Part shown: positions 26,346 through 36,762 of the stretch, in pieces
Layout: every line of letters begins with the position of its first letter
Numbering within the stretch: position 1 is the first letter of the stretch
NCBI GenBank assembly: GCA_963718875.1
Contig: OY970378.1
Location: 388,631 to 452,630, forward strand
Source: Candidatus Parcubacteria bacterium
Lineage (GTDB): Bacteria > Patescibacteriota > Saccharimonadia > UBA4664 > JBIOIQ01
Length of the DNA: 64,000 bases
Direction: 5' to 3'
Notes under the pieces: generated by a model
The model's database searches: none
Told to the model about the DNA's origin: nothing
The model's input: only the letters and a program-made list of their open reading frames with translations
Made by a program: the position numbers and the translations under genes

Positions 26346-28151
26346 TTATATCCCTGGGTTATGTTCAACTCGAAGAATCTTAACCTCTTTGCTTAATTGA
26401 CGGTTTCGTAAGTAAAAGTAAACGATGAGGCTAAATGAGGCTAACATTATTGTAGCACTGGTAGTGGCTCCGGTCTCAGGTAAAGTTTGGGCGGCTGCCT
26501 CAAGTTGTTTTATAGGCGGTGCGGCCACTGGGATAATAACTGTATTTCCGTAAACATTATTCATTTGTAAATCAAACGAAAAAATATCGGATGTTGATCG
26601 AGCTGTGGTTGGAACTGGATTTTTAATTTTAATTTGAAATACATTCGTAGTGCCGCTGCCGGGTGAGATGTTAACGGCAGGCCAGACTAGGGTTCGATTA
26701 ACCATGGTTGCACCACCTAGGTTAACGACTTCGGCGTATTCTAATATATCGGTGATGTTCTCACTAAGTTGGTAGGCATTTTGAATCCCTGCGCCGCTAT
26801 TGGTGGTTCTAAGGGTGTATTCGATAATGTCTCCAGCGCCGGCTTTAATATTGGGGTTGTTGGCATCAAGCATGTTTCCGTCTTTCCCGTCGCGTTGGAT
26901 GTAGGCAGCGGATTTAAATTGGTTAATATGAGGAAGTTGAGGGGTTGTAGCGGGAGTCGGAGTAGGAACGGGGACTGGAGTTGGTACCGGCACAGGAGTA
27001 GGTACGGGCGTAGGGACTGGTACGGGGGTAGGTACAGGAACTGGTGTAGGTACAGGAGTAGGCACTGGTGTTGGTGCAGTTGGGGTGACTGGTGAAGGAT
27101 TAGGCAGTATGGCCACACCGCATTTGAATTGTCCTGAGGTCGAGCCGTTTGAATAGGCAGTAATCTCAGGGTTGTTGGCGTCACCGTCTATTCCGCCACC
27201 GTTGCCTGCAGTGTCAACGCCTCTGGCATAGATGTAGAACCGATGGGTTTTGCCGTCACGGTATTTTGCCGGAATCTGCCAACTAAAGCCGTGATTGCCG
27301 GATATACCAAAGGTTTTATTAACATCTGGTCTTGATATGTTGGTAGCTCCATAGTCGTATGCATCGGTTGTTGGTATTTGACGCGAAGCTGAAGCTGGGG
27401 AGTCTACATATATATGAATACCAATGGCAGTAGTAGGGCTGTCGGAGTCGTAGGCCCATCCGGGGACGTTAAAACAATCCCAGGGATCAATGGTTCCTAA
27501 TGGTATTTTTTGAGATGGTGGAGGGGGTGGTGGAGGAGGGGAGGTTTGTGTGGGCAGGTTTTCAACAGCAATATTGCCACATGACATTAGTATGGCAAAA
27601 TAAGTTCCTTGGCTATTACGTCCTTCAATAACTCGAGCGTTGGTAGTTACTGCTACCGATCCGAGAGTACGGGCGTAGTAGGTATAGCTACCGACGTTAA
27701 TTACTTGGTCGGTTGAATCATACCGTTCGCGACCGATGGAAATTAGGCTGCTACCTTGGGCGGGAATATATTTTGGCTCGCTAGCATTACGAATGTCGTC
27801 ATCAGAGATGTGGTAATAATCGCGGTAAAGCGCTCGAAGCTCGGCACTGCCGTTGATGCTTTGGATGAGGTCGTCTTTGTCGCTAATGCCTCCTTGAATA
27901 ATGTCATTTGGTGATGAGTTATTAGCGCCTACTGGAGGCACAGAAATGGCGAAAAATTGCATTAGGATGGCAAAAATACCAGTAATTAATGACAATCGCC
28001 TTGTAAGGTTCTCGCGACGCAAGCGCTTTGCGTAAAACGCCAGTTGACTAGTAATCTGAGGGCTGAAATTTAAATTTGAAACTAACTTTTTGAACATTTG
28101 TCTTTCAATCTTCTTATGTTTAATTAAAGCACAGGTGTACCCAATGTGCAA
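26346..28151 (-). CDS. sortase-anchored (LPXTG) cell-surface protein with poly-Pro and (PTPV)n linkers
   Basis: N-terminal signal/TM segment. The C-terminus has LPETG followed by a hydrophobic stretch and RNRQ (a canonical cell-wall sorting signal). Internal PPPPPPPP and a PTPVPTPVPV repeat are present. The start may be the second ATG at 28097. Confidence 0.75.
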   Translation of the reverse strand: MHIGYTCALIKHKKIERQMFKKLVSNLNFSPQITSQLAFYAKRLRRENLTRRLSLITGIFAILMQFFAISVPPVGANNSSPNDIIQGGISDKDDLIQSINGSAELRALYRDYYHISDDDIRNASEPKYIPAQGSSLISIGRERYDSTDQVINVGSYTYYARTLGSVAVTTNARVIEGRNSQGTYFAILMSCGNIAVENLPTQTSPPPPPPPPSQKIPLGTIDPWDCFNVPGWAYDSDSPTTAIGIHIYVDSPASASRQIPTTDAYDYGATNISRPDVNKTFGISGNHGFSWQIPAKYRDGKTHRFYIYARGVDTAGNGGGIDGDANNPEITAYSNGSTSGQFKCGVAILPNPSPVTPTAPTPVPTPVPTPVPVPTPVPVPTPVPTPVPVPTPVPVPTPTPATTPQLPHINQFKSAAYIQRDGKDGNMLDANNPNIKAGAGDIIEYTLRTTNSGAGIQNAYQLSENITDILEYAEVVNLGGATMVNRTLVWPAVNISPGSGTTNVFQIKIKNPVPTTARSTSDIFSFDLQMNNVYGNTVIIPVAAPPIKQLEAAAQTLPETGATTSATIMLASFSLIVYFYLRNRQLSKEVKILRVEHNPGI

Positions 28152-28196
28152 ACGGGGGCGTAGTTTTAAAGGGCTAATGAACTATTAAGTCGTTGG

Positions 28197-30695
28197 TCAG
28201 AGATCTTTTAGGAGCTTTTGGACGGCTCGCGTAATTTCAGGGATTGATAAATCGGGGTCGATTTTGGCAGCGGGACCGATTTTAATCGTGACTTTTCCAA
28301 AGTGAGGAAGCTGGTGTTTGTCTCCTGCCATGATTTTTTCTAGCCCCATATGTTTAATTGGCACTACGGGTACTTGTAGTTCTTTAACCATCCAGCCAAT
28401 TCCGTTTTTGAAAGACTGCAATTGGCCGCTAGGTGAATGTTCGCCTTCGGGGAAAAACAAGACGTTCCAACCGGAATCTAGTAATTCGCCGGTGTATTCC
28501 AAGCTGCGCTTAAAGCCTGTTTGCTTGGGGAGTGGGTAAGAATTAACCATTAATGCAGTGTAGTAGTCGTAAAGGCGCCATAATAAATGGTTTAGGGATT
28601 GGCTTTTAAATAATGGGTCTCCGGCATTTAAGAAATATTCTTTCCAGGTTGCCACAGCTATATTTTGCCTGACATTCCAAGGTAAAGACATAAGAACGTT
28701 GGGAGCGTCAAAGTAGCCGATGTGATTGGATATAAAAATGACTGGTTGGTCGAGATTATTTAGATTGTGACGCCCGATAACCTGGCGGCGGCAAAATAAT
28801 CGGATGACGTTATCGGCTATTATCAAATTAAAGCTGGCTCTGATAATTTTAGGCACAGGACTAAGTAGCCAGCGTCGAAATGTAGTGGAGTCTTTCCCGG
28901 TTTGACGGTTTTTGATAAGTGCTTCCAGTTCCGAAACAGTAGTATTGGCCTTTATATCTTCTTCGACTAAGTCGATATTGAACTCTTGCTCCAAGGCGGT
29001 TATAAGCTCAACTCGACCGACGGACGTCAGATTAAGATCCAAAGCTAATCTTGCTTGTGGTCGGATCAAGTGGGGTTGAGTTTGGCAGACCTGAGATATT
29101 AGGTGGTAAAGTTTTGTTTGTGGGTTGAGTGGGGGTGTGGCAGAAGCGTTAGGACTATCGGTGAGTTTTTCAATTACCAGGGGCTTTTTGATCTTCATTG
29201 TGGTAGTGCGCGGAAAGTCGTCTTGGTGCCAGATTCCGGAAGAGGTAATGCGCTGATTTTCGTTCAACTGCAAATTGGTGGAATCGATGATTTGTTTTAG
29301 GTTGGCCTGGTTATTGCTGAGTATTACTTCTGCGTGAATTTGCTCGCCTTGCTTGCTAGGAAGGGCAACGACGCATATGGCTTTCACCCCCGGCTGCTTG
29401 CTTAAGATAGCTTCGATGTCTTCAGGGTAAATATTTAAGCCCGCACTGGTGACGATAACGTCTTTTTTACGTCCTTTGAGATAAACATAGCCATTACTAT
29501 CAACCCCGCCAATGTCACCAGTTTTCATCCAGCCGTCTTCAAACAGGGTCGTGGTTTTGTCGGAGTCTAGGTAGTAACCCGAAGTAATGTTGCCCCCACG
29601 AGCGTAGATTTCTCCATCTGGCCCAAACTTTAGCTCTACTCCAGGTAGAGCTTTGCCGACTGATCCAGTTACGACTGTGTCTAGCGGGTTGGCGGTAAGG
29701 ACAGGAGCAGATTCGGTAAGGCCATAGCCCTGGATTACGCGAAAGCCTAGGTTATGCCAAAATGACTCCAGATCGTCACCTAGTGGTGCCCCGCCGCAGA
29801 TAAAATATTCAAAATGAGTGCCGAAACGTTGCCAGACTTTTCGAAATAAGATTTTTTTGCCCCATGCGGGTGCTTTGATTTGAGCTAAACGATTAAAGAT
29901 TTTGGTTTTGCCGTGTTTTTCGACTTCACGGGTGATGCCATCTGCAAGTAGTTGAAGCAAGCGAGGCACTATTACAATATTGGTGACATGCTCTTCTGCT
30001 AGGGTTTTAAAAATTAGCTTAGGGCGTAGGCCTTTCATATATATAATGGTGCAGCCTGCGCTTAGGGGTGTCAGGAAGCCGGGGTTTTGTTCGAATAAAT
30101 GACTAAGAGGAAGCAGGGATAGAAAGGTTTGGTCGGGGCGTACCTGAATGGTTTGTTTGATGGCTTGGATGTTGGCGATAAGGTTGCCGTGGGTTAGTAG
30201 GACTCCTTTGGGGTCGCCAGTTGTACCCGAAGTGTAGACGATTTCGAGCAAGTCGGAGCTGGCGATGGTTGGGTTGTTGGCTAGAGCGGGATCCAGGTCT
30301 TGAATTTGACTTAACAGTCTATCTAAAACCAGGGTTTTGACATCTATTTTGGAGGGAAGTTTATATTCGGAGTGGATTAACAACTTAGAATTAACTAGTT
30401 TTTGAATTTTGGCGACGTATTCGGCCGTAGCCAGGTAATCGATCGGGACTATAACAATTCCAGAACGGGCAGCAGCTAAAAAAATTATTCCCCAGTTCGG
30501 GCTATTAAAGCCCCATAAGATAAGTTGGTCTCCTTGCTTAAGTCCCAGTTGGTCGAGAAGGACGCAGGCTTGCAGGATCTGGTGGTGTAGTTCTAGGTAG
30601 GTGGTGCTGAAAGTACGAAACCCAGTTTTATATCTCAGGGCAGGCTTGTCTCCCTGGCTAGGGAAGGAACTGATAATGTCGCCAATTGTTTTCAC
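28197..30695 (-). CDS. tri-domain fusion: acyl-AMP ligase (acyl-ACP/CoA synthetase) - acyl carrier protein domain - 1-acyl-sn-glycerol-3-phosphate (lysophospholipid) acyltransferase
   Basis: AMP-binding motifs (YTSGTTGDPKGV, GYGLTE, KKDVIV). The central carrier-like segment (LDLNLTSVGRVELITALEQEFNIDL) has a candidate phosphopantetheine Ser. C-terminal PlsC motifs are present (NHIGYFD, FPEGEHS). It resembles a rearranged Aas-type enzyme. Confidence 0.7.
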   Translation of the reverse strand: MKTIGDIISSFPSQGDKPALRYKTGFRTFSTTYLELHHQILQACVLLDQLGLKQGDQLILWGFNSPNWGIIFLAAARSGIVIVPIDYLATAEYVAKIQKLVNSKLLIHSEYKLPSKIDVKTLVLDRLLSQIQDLDPALANNPTIASSDLLEIVYTSGTTGDPKGVLLTHGNLIANIQAIKQTIQVRPDQTFLSLLPLSHLFEQNPGFLTPLSAGCTIIYMKGLRPKLIFKTLAEEHVTNIVIVPRLLQLLADGITREVEKHGKTKIFNRLAQIKAPAWGKKILFRKVWQRFGTHFEYFICGGAPLGDDLESFWHNLGFRVIQGYGLTESAPVLTANPLDTVVTGSVGKALPGVELKFGPDGEIYARGGNITSGYYLDSDKTTTLFEDGWMKTGDIGGVDSNGYVYLKGRKKDVIVTSAGLNIYPEDIEAILSKQPGVKAICVVALPSKQGEQIHAEVILSNNQANLKQIIDSTNLQLNENQRITSSGIWHQDDFPRTTTMKIKKPLVIEKLTDSPNASATPPLNPQTKLYHLISQVCQTQPHLIRPQARLALDLNLTSVGRVELITALEQEFNIDLVEEDIKANTTVSELEALIKNRQTGKDSTTFRRWLLSPVPKIIRASFNLIIADNVIRLFCRRQVIGRHNLNNLDQPVIFISNHIGYFDAPNVLMSLPWNVRQNIAVATWKEYFLNAGDPLFKSQSLNHLLWRLYDYYTALMVNSYPLPKQTGFKRSLEYTGELLDSGWNVLFFPEGEHSPSGQLQSFKNGIGWMVKELQVPVVPIKHMGLEKIMAGDKHQLPHFGKVTIKIGPAAKIDPDLSIPEITRAVQKLLKDL

Positions 30696-31018
30696 TTTTC
30701 TAGCACCACCGTTGCAATAGCGTAGTCACCATCATGGCTAATTGAAACGTTGTGTGAGAGGTAGTGGTCGAAAGTGGGGGAGAGTGCAATCTGGGGTTTG
30801 CCGTTTTGGTCGTAGGTTATGGCGATGTCGCGAAACTTTGGGATTATACCAACAGCTTTGAAGAAAGCTTCTTTGGCGGCAATGATCCCCGCAATGTGTT
30901 CAGGTTTGTGTCCTGGTAGTTCGCTTTCTTGAAAGAACTTTGCCAAGGTTTCAGGTTGATCAATCAACTTGGTGATGTTGGGAATATATACGATGTCTGT
31001 TCCGCAATGTATACTCAA
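30692..31018 (-). CDS. acpS: holo-[acyl-carrier-protein] synthase (4'-phosphopantetheinyl transferase)
   Basis: Roughly 108 aa with GTDIVYI at the N-terminus, KEAFFKA and SISHDGDYA motifs; its stop overlaps the start of the downstream fusion gene by 4 nt. Confidence 0.75.
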   Translation of the reverse strand: MSIHCGTDIVYIPNITKLIDQPETLAKFFQESELPGHKPEHIAGIIAAKEAFFKAVGIIPKFRDIAITYDQNGKPQIALSPTFDHYLSHNVSISHDGDYAIATVVLEK

Positions 31019-31236
31019 AAACCCACACTCCTTTGATACTTTGACTATAACATGAGTTTAAGGAATTGGGTGAAAGCTCTGCCTGGGGATTCAAGAGAAC
31101 CTCCAGGCAGAGCGAGACTATTCGCCCGACTCTGGGTCGGGGAAGTAGAAGGTGCCGTCGTCGTTCATGGCGGGCATGCCAGAGTAGAGAAGCATGTGTC
31201 CAGCGCGCATGGATCGATGAGCCATGCGCACGCGTG

Positions 31237-31644
31237 AAAAAGATCGAACCTTCAGATAAGATCTTTTTAGACCAGTCGACTATACCTGGTGCCGGGAGAG
31301 GGGTTTTTGCAAAACGAGCTCTTACTAAAGGGGAAGTCATCGAAGTATGTCCGGTTATCGAGATTCCGCTGACCGACTCATCGAACGACGATCAAAATGG
31401 ATCGTTAACTAACTACTTCTTTTACTTTGGGAATGGGCTTGCAGTGGTTCTTGGTTTCGGATCAATCTATAACAATTCTTACACTCCTAACGCAACCTAT
31501 ATCAAAAAGCCATCTGATGGCGTGGTAGAATTCCAGGCTACAGAAGATATTGAGGCCGGTATAAATATAATTGTAAATTACAACAACGGGGATCCTGATG
31601 ATAAATCGACATCTATGAATAAAGGTGTTCTCCTCGTAAGCTGA
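31237..31644 (+). CDS. bacterial SET-domain protein (putative lysine methyltransferase)
   Basis: GAGRGVFAKRALTKGEVIEVCPV (the SET N-terminal GxG motif), NNSYTPNA (the NHSxxPN equivalent) and a C-terminal ...INIIVNYNNG. The start is uncertain: the ORF is open from 31066 (TTG) through a GC-rich Arg-rich stretch, and a GTG at 31237 is given here. Confidence 0.5.
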   Translation, partial: KKIEPSDKIFLDQSTIPGAGRGVFAKRALTKGEVIEVCPVIEIPLTDSSNDDQNGSLTNYFFYFGNGLAVVLGFGSIYNNSYTPNATYIKKPSDGVVEFQATEDIEAGINIIVNYNNGDPDDKSTSMNKGVLLVS

Positions 31645-31828
31645 TATGGGTCTCGCCGTATGCGTATTTGCGTTAAGACCAGGTTAAGCGTTATAATGGA
31701 GTGAGTAATTTTCAGTTCACAATTTACAATTTTCCATTTTCAGCGGGCAAATCTATGACGGAAAATTGATAAATGAAAATTGAAAATTATATTTTGTTGT
31801 TGAATAAGGTGGACTTAGAAAAGAATTT

Positions 31829-33898
31829 ATGGCAGATAAACAAAACTATGGTGCGGCACAGATCCAGGTACTTGAGGGGCTAGATCCAGTTCGCAAGCGG
31901 CCGGGAATGTATATTGGTGGAACCGGTCCGGAAGGGCTCCAACATCTGATAACGGAGGTTGTCGATAACTCGATTGATGAGGCCATGGCCGGGCACGCCA
32001 CATTTGTAGAGGTGGTACTGATGGCCGATGGTGGTGTGCGCGTAACCGATGACGGCCGGGGAATCCCAGTCGATAAAGTTGCTTCCACCGGCAAAAGCGC
32101 TCTCGAGACCGTTTTAACTGTATTGCATGCCGGTGGTAAGTTTGGTGGCGATAGTGGATATAAAGTATCCGGGGGACTGCATGGCGTCGGTATTAGCATT
32201 GTTAATGCGCTTTCAACCAAAGTTGTAGCTGAGGTTAAGCGTGATGGCAAACTATATCGCCAAGAGTTCCAAATGGGTAAACCGATGGCTGACGTAAAGG
32301 TTGTGGGTACAGCCGAAGGTACAGGGACAACCATTACATTTTGGCCAGATGCCAGCATATTTGAAACTGTGGAATTTAATTACGACACTGTTTTGGAGCG
32401 CTTAAGGCATGAGGCATATTTAACAAAAGGTATCTTAACTAAGGTCATTGACGAGCGGACGAGCAAGCGTTTTAGCTTTTATTTTGAAGGTGGGATAAGA
32501 TCATACGTTGACCATCTGAATAGGAACAAAGAGGTCTTAAACGTGCCGCCTTTTTACGTCGAAAAGACCGTTAAAGATGCTGTAGTAGAACTGGCTATCC
32601 AATATAATGACGGTTACATCGAAAACGTAAAAGCATTTGCAAATCATATTTATAATCCCGATGGTGGAACGCATCAGGAAGGCTTCCGACGTGCTCTTAC
32701 ACGAGTTATTAATGAGTATGCTCGCAAGAATGGCTTATTGAAAGATAGCGAAGAAAATCTTACCGGTGAGGATGTTCGTGAAGGTATTACTGCGGTTATA
32801 TCCGTTAAATTACCTGATCCGCAGTTTGAAGGCCAGACAAAATCAAAATTAGGCAATCCTGAAATCCGTGCTTATGTGGAGCAAGTGTTGACCGAGTGGC
32901 TCAACTATTACATGGAAGAAAACCCCAATGAAGGGCGTAAGATTGTTGGTAAAGCGGCTCTTTCTGCCCGGGCTCGGATTGCGGCCAGGGCGGCTCGAGA
33001 TACGGTTATACGCAAAGGGGCACTTGATGGTATGACGCTGGCCTCAAAGCTGAGCGATTGTCGCACCAAAGACGTGCATAGGAGCGAATTATTCATTGTA
33101 GAGGGTGATTCTGCTGGTGGTTCTGCCAAAATGGGGCGTGATAGTGAATTTCAGGCCATTCTTCCGTTACGTGGGAAAATATTGAATGTTGAGAGAGCTA
33201 GACTTGATCGCATGTTGGGCAATAACGAAATCAAGAATTTAATTATTGCAATGGGTACTGGTATTGCTGACCAGTTTGAAGTTATCAAATTGCGTTATGG
33301 CCGCATTATTATTATGACTGATGCAGATGTTGATGGCGCCCATATTAGAACTTTGTTACTGACTTTTTTCTTTCGACATATGCCCGAGATTATAAATGAA
33401 GGTCATCTATATATTGCCCAACCTCCGTTGTATTTGCTGCAAGCGGGTAAACGTAAAAAATATTACGCTTATACAGATGAGCAGCGTGACCAACAGTTAG
33501 AAGAATTGATTGCTGCCCGAGCTAGCGGTAAGGCAGATCCTGAGGTGGAGGCGGAAATTATTGCTAGTAACGAAGAGGTTGCTGCGTCAGAAGGGATAGA
33601 TACTGAAGTGGTTGAAATAGACGAGCTTGAAACAGTAGTAATTGATGATGAAACTTCTGGTCGTCTGAAACGAGCCGGCATTACAAATATTCAGCGTTAT
33701 AAAGGCCTGGGTGAGATGAATGCAGAGCAACTTTGGGAAACAACTATGGATCCAGCAAATCGTATTTTATTAAAGGTGTCGGTAGAGGATGCCGAAAAAG
33801 CCGATGCCATTTTTAATAAGCTTATGGGTGAAGAGGTGCTTTTACGAAAAAACTTTATCCAAGCTAATGCTACCAGTGTAGAAAATTTGGATATCTAA
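31829..33898 (+). CDS. gyrB: DNA gyrase subunit B
   Basis: GHKL ATPase motifs, TOPRIM (EGDSAGG), a gyrase B C-terminal region, 689 aa. Confidence 0.95.
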   Translation: MADKQNYGAAQIQVLEGLDPVRKRPGMYIGGTGPEGLQHLITEVVDNSIDEAMAGHATFVEVVLMADGGVRVTDDGRGIPVDKVASTGKSALETVLTVLHAGGKFGGDSGYKVSGGLHGVGISIVNALSTKVVAEVKRDGKLYRQEFQMGKPMADVKVVGTAEGTGTTITFWPDASIFETVEFNYDTVLERLRHEAYLTKGILTKVIDERTSKRFSFYFEGGIRSYVDHLNRNKEVLNVPPFYVEKTVKDAVVELAIQYNDGYIENVKAFANHIYNPDGGTHQEGFRRALTRVINEYARKNGLLKDSEENLTGEDVREGITAVISVKLPDPQFEGQTKSKLGNPEIRAYVEQVLTEWLNYYMEENPNEGRKIVGKAALSARARIAARAARDTVIRKGALDGMTLASKLSDCRTKDVHRSELFIVEGDSAGGSAKMGRDSEFQAILPLRGKILNVERARLDRMLGNNEIKNLIIAMGTGIADQFEVIKLRYGRIIIMTDADVDGAHIRTLLLTFFFRHMPEIINEGHLYIAQPPLYLLQAGKRKKYYAYTDEQRDQQLEELIAARASGKADPEVEAEIIASNEEVAASEGIDTEVVEIDELETVVIDDETSGRLKRAGITNIQRYKGLGEMNAEQLWETTMDPANRILLKVSVEDAEKADAIFNKLMGEEVLLRKNFIQANATSVENLDI

Positions 33899-33902
33899 TC
33901 AT

Positions 33903-34045
33903 GCAAGAAACAAGAAACAAGAAACAAATAACAAACAAGTTCCAAGCTACAAGACTTCAAATTCCAAATTGGTCGAATCTTTTGAATATTGGTGCTTGTG
34001 ATTTGTCTGTATCTTGTCCCTTGTATATTGTCCCTTGGAGTGAGA
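33903..34045 (+). repeat. intergenic repeat structure between gyrB and gyrA: (CAAGAAA)x3 followed about 60 nt later by inverse CTTGT/TTGTCCC repeats
   Basis: caagaaacaagaaacaagaaacaaataacaaacaag ... cttgtgatttgtctgtatcttgtcccttgtatattgtccc; it can form a long imperfect hairpin. Confidence 0.6.
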
Positions 34046-34049
34046 TCTA

Positions 34050-36596
34050 ATGGACGAAGAAATCAAAACACCAGTTGAAGATGTGATTGATCGCGAGCCA
34101 AATCGCAGCATAGAAACTGAAATGGAGTCAAGCTACCTCGAGTACGCAATGAGCGTAATTGTAGCCAGGGCCTTACCGGACGTGCGTGATGGTTTAAAGC
34201 CAGTTCATCGACGCATCTTGTATGCCATGAATAATATGGGATTACGCTATACAGCCAAGTTTCGTAAAAGTGCCTTGGTAGTAGGAGATGTTTTAGGTAA
34301 GTATCACCCTCATGGTGACTCGGCGGTCTACGAATCAATGGTGCGCATGGCCCAAGATTTTTCGTTGCGGTACCCTTTGATTGATGGTCAAGGAAACTTT
34401 GGCTCGCTGGATGGTGATTCTGCCGCCGCCATGCGATATACCGAAGCGCGCATGACTAAGCTAGCAGGCGAATTGCTTCATGATATCGATAAGGATACGG
34501 TTGATTTTAGGCCTAATTTCGATGGTTTTGATAAAGAGCCCGTGGTGCTTCCTGCCAAAGTACCAAACTTACTTTTAAACGGCGTTATGGGTATTGCAGT
34601 TGGAATGGCCACCAATATCCCGCCGCACAACTTGAGGGAACTTATTGAGGCTTGTATATATTTGATCGAAAATCCCAACGCTACCACTGGCGAGTTAATG
34701 CAATTTGTTAAAGGGCCTGATTTTCCAACTGGTGGGATCATTTATGGGACGGAGGCAATTCGAGCGGCCTATGGTACAGGTAAAGGTTCGATTGTAGTGA
34801 GAGCGGTGGCAGAGATTGTAGAGGATAAAAAGGGCAATCAAAGCATTGTCGTGACTGAGATTCCCTATGCACTCAATCGAAGCGTTTTAGTAGATAAGAT
34901 TGCTGAGCTTCATCGCGATAAAAAAATTGTAGGTATTTCCGATTTGCGCGATGAAAGCAGTATGCGTGGAAGTACTAAAAGCTTAACGGGCGGCACAAAG
35001 ATCGTTATTGAATTGAAAAAAGATGCTTATCCCAAAAAGATCTTAAACCAGCTTTATAAGCTTACGCCTATGCAAACGGCTTTTCATGTAAACATGCTTG
35101 CTTTAGTCGATGGTATTCAGCCTCGTGTTATGACTCTAGAAATGATGTTAGCAGAGTTTCTTAAGCACCGCCGTAGCGTAGTAAGAAGGCGCAGTGAGTT
35201 TGAGTTGCGCAAGGCAAAGGATCGAGCCCATATCCTTGAAGGCTTAAAGATTGCACTTGATCACATTGATGAGGTAATCAAAACCATTCGTGCGTCAAAG
35301 AATGCTGAAGAAGCAAAAGTTAGCTTAATGTCCAAATTTAAACTGAGTGAGCTTCAGGCTAAAGCTATATTAGCAATGCAACTTAGGACCCTAACAGGCT
35401 TGGAGCGTGGGCGAATAGAAGCAGAACTGGCCGATTTAATGAAGCTAATAGCAGAGCTGGAAAAAATTCTAGGCGAAGAAAGTGAATTGTTAAGAGTAGT
35501 TCGGGAAGAGCTTGAAGAAATGAAAGAAATGTATGGAGACGAGCGGCGTACGCTGATTGTCCCAACTGAGCTTGGTAAATTTAGCGAAGAAGAGCTGGTT
35601 CCAAATGAGCAAGTGATAGTAACGCTGACAAACAGCAACTATATTAAGCGCATTCCATCTAATACTTACAAATCCCAGGGTCGGGGAGGAAAGGGTATTA
35701 TTGGGATGGGGACAAAAGAAGAAGATGTGGTTGACCACTTAGTACTAACACAGAACCATGATTATATTATGTTCTTTACAAATAAGGGTCGTGTATTCCG
35801 CTTGAAGGTGCACGAAATTCCGACTGCATCAAGGACAGCTAAGGGTCAGGCAATTGTGAATTTGTTGCAGCTACAGCCAGAAGAACGAGTGACTTCACTA
35901 ATTACAATGGAGTCTGACGCAAAGGCCGGATATTTGTTCATGGCAACCAAAATGGGTACGGTTAAAAAAACCTCGCTGTCTGATTACGCTAATGTGCGGG
36001 GGAGTGGGTTGATTGCAATTAAGCTTGATCCTGGTGATGAGCTACGTTGGGTTAAGGTTACGAGCGGGAAAGATGAAATTGTTATTTCGACAGCCTTGGC
36101 TCAAGCACTGCGTTTTAAAGAAATTGATGTTCGGCCGATGGGTCGAGCTACCCGAGGTGTAAGAGGAATTAGGCTACGGCCTGGAGACATGGTGGTGGGG
36201 GTAGACATTGCAATGCCCAACTCAGAGATATTAGTTATTATGGAAAACGGTTATGGGAAACGGACCAAGATTGACCAGTTTACAACTCATGCTCGAGGGG
36301 GCGTGGGTATAAAAGCTGGGGTGGTTACGGCTAAAACGGGTAAGACTGTTGAGGTGCGGGCTATAACTGATTTAACGGAGGACCTGGTTGTAGTTTCGAC
36401 TCAAGGACAAGTTATTCGCCTTGCTCTTAAAGGTATCTCGTCGATTGGAAGGGCGACTCAAGGAGTCCGCATTATGCGCATGAAAGAAGGCGACAAGGTA
36501 GCTTCGGTGGCGTTGATCGGTGAGACTAAGCTGGAAGCAGAGTTAGAAACGCACACAAGTTCTGAAACTGAACCTGATGTCAAGGAAGAAAAATAA
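34050..36596 (+). CDS. gyrA: DNA gyrase subunit A
   Basis: Active-site region AMRYTEARM (catalytic Tyr), the QRDR-like [11 protein letters not shown]-terminal beta-pinwheel repeats, 848 aa. Confidence 0.95.
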   Translation: MDEEIKTPVEDVIDREPNRSIETEMESSYLEYAMSVIVARALPDVRDGLKPVHRRILYAMNNMGLRYTAKFRKSALVVGDVLGKYHPHGDSAVYESMVRMAQDFSLRYPLIDGQGNFGSLDGDSAAAMRYTEARMTKLAGELLHDIDKDTVDFRPNFDGFDKEPVVLPAKVPNLLLNGVMGIAVGMATNIPPHNLRELIEACIYLIENPNATTGELMQFVKGPDFPTGGIIYGTEAIRAAYGTGKGSIVVRAVAEIVEDKKGNQSIVVTEIPYALNRSVLVDKIAELHRDKKIVGISDLRDESSMRGSTKSLTGGTKIVIELKKDAYPKKILNQLYKLTPMQTAFHVNMLALVDGIQPRVMTLEMMLAEFLKHRRSVVRRRSEFELRKAKDRAHILEGLKIALDHIDEVIKTIRASKNAEEAKVSLMSKFKLSELQAKAILAMQLRTLTGLERGRIEAELADLMKLIAELEKILGEESELLRVVREELEEMKEMYGDERRTLIVPTELGKFSEEELVPNEQVIVTLTNSNYIKRIPSNTYKSQGRGGKGIIGMGTKEEDVVDHLVLTQNHDYIMFFTNKGRVFRLKVHEIPTASRTAKGQAIVNLLQLQPEERVTSLITMESDAKAGYLFMATKMGTVKKTSLSDYANVRGSGLIAIKLDPGDELRWVKVTSGKDEIVISTALAQALRFKEIDVRPMGRATRGVRGIRLRPGDMVVGVDIAMPNSEILVIMENGYGKRTKIDQFTTHARGGVGIKAGVVTAKTGKTVEVRAITDLTEDLVVVSTQGQVIRLALKGISSIGRATQGVRIMRMKEGDKVASVALIGETKLEAELETHTSSETEPDVKEEK

Positions 36597-36762
36597 CGTT
36601 TTTCCTCATTGTTAATTTTTACAAAACCTAAAGGTTCTTTCCGACATTCTTTAGTAATATTTCACAGTGCTGTCATGGCGAACTGGTTGTATTCTGTATA
36701 ACAGATCGTAAATAGGTGGGTGCATATCGGGTCCACTATTTATTTTTCTCTAATGGGGGCTT

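Noticed and set aside
31052-31340. Short ORFs 31052-31237 (plus) and 30960-31340 (minus) within the GC-rich patch
   Set aside because: They overlap each other and the acpS start region, lack SD signals, and are most likely by-products of GC-rich sequence; only the SET-domain frame has recognisable motifs.
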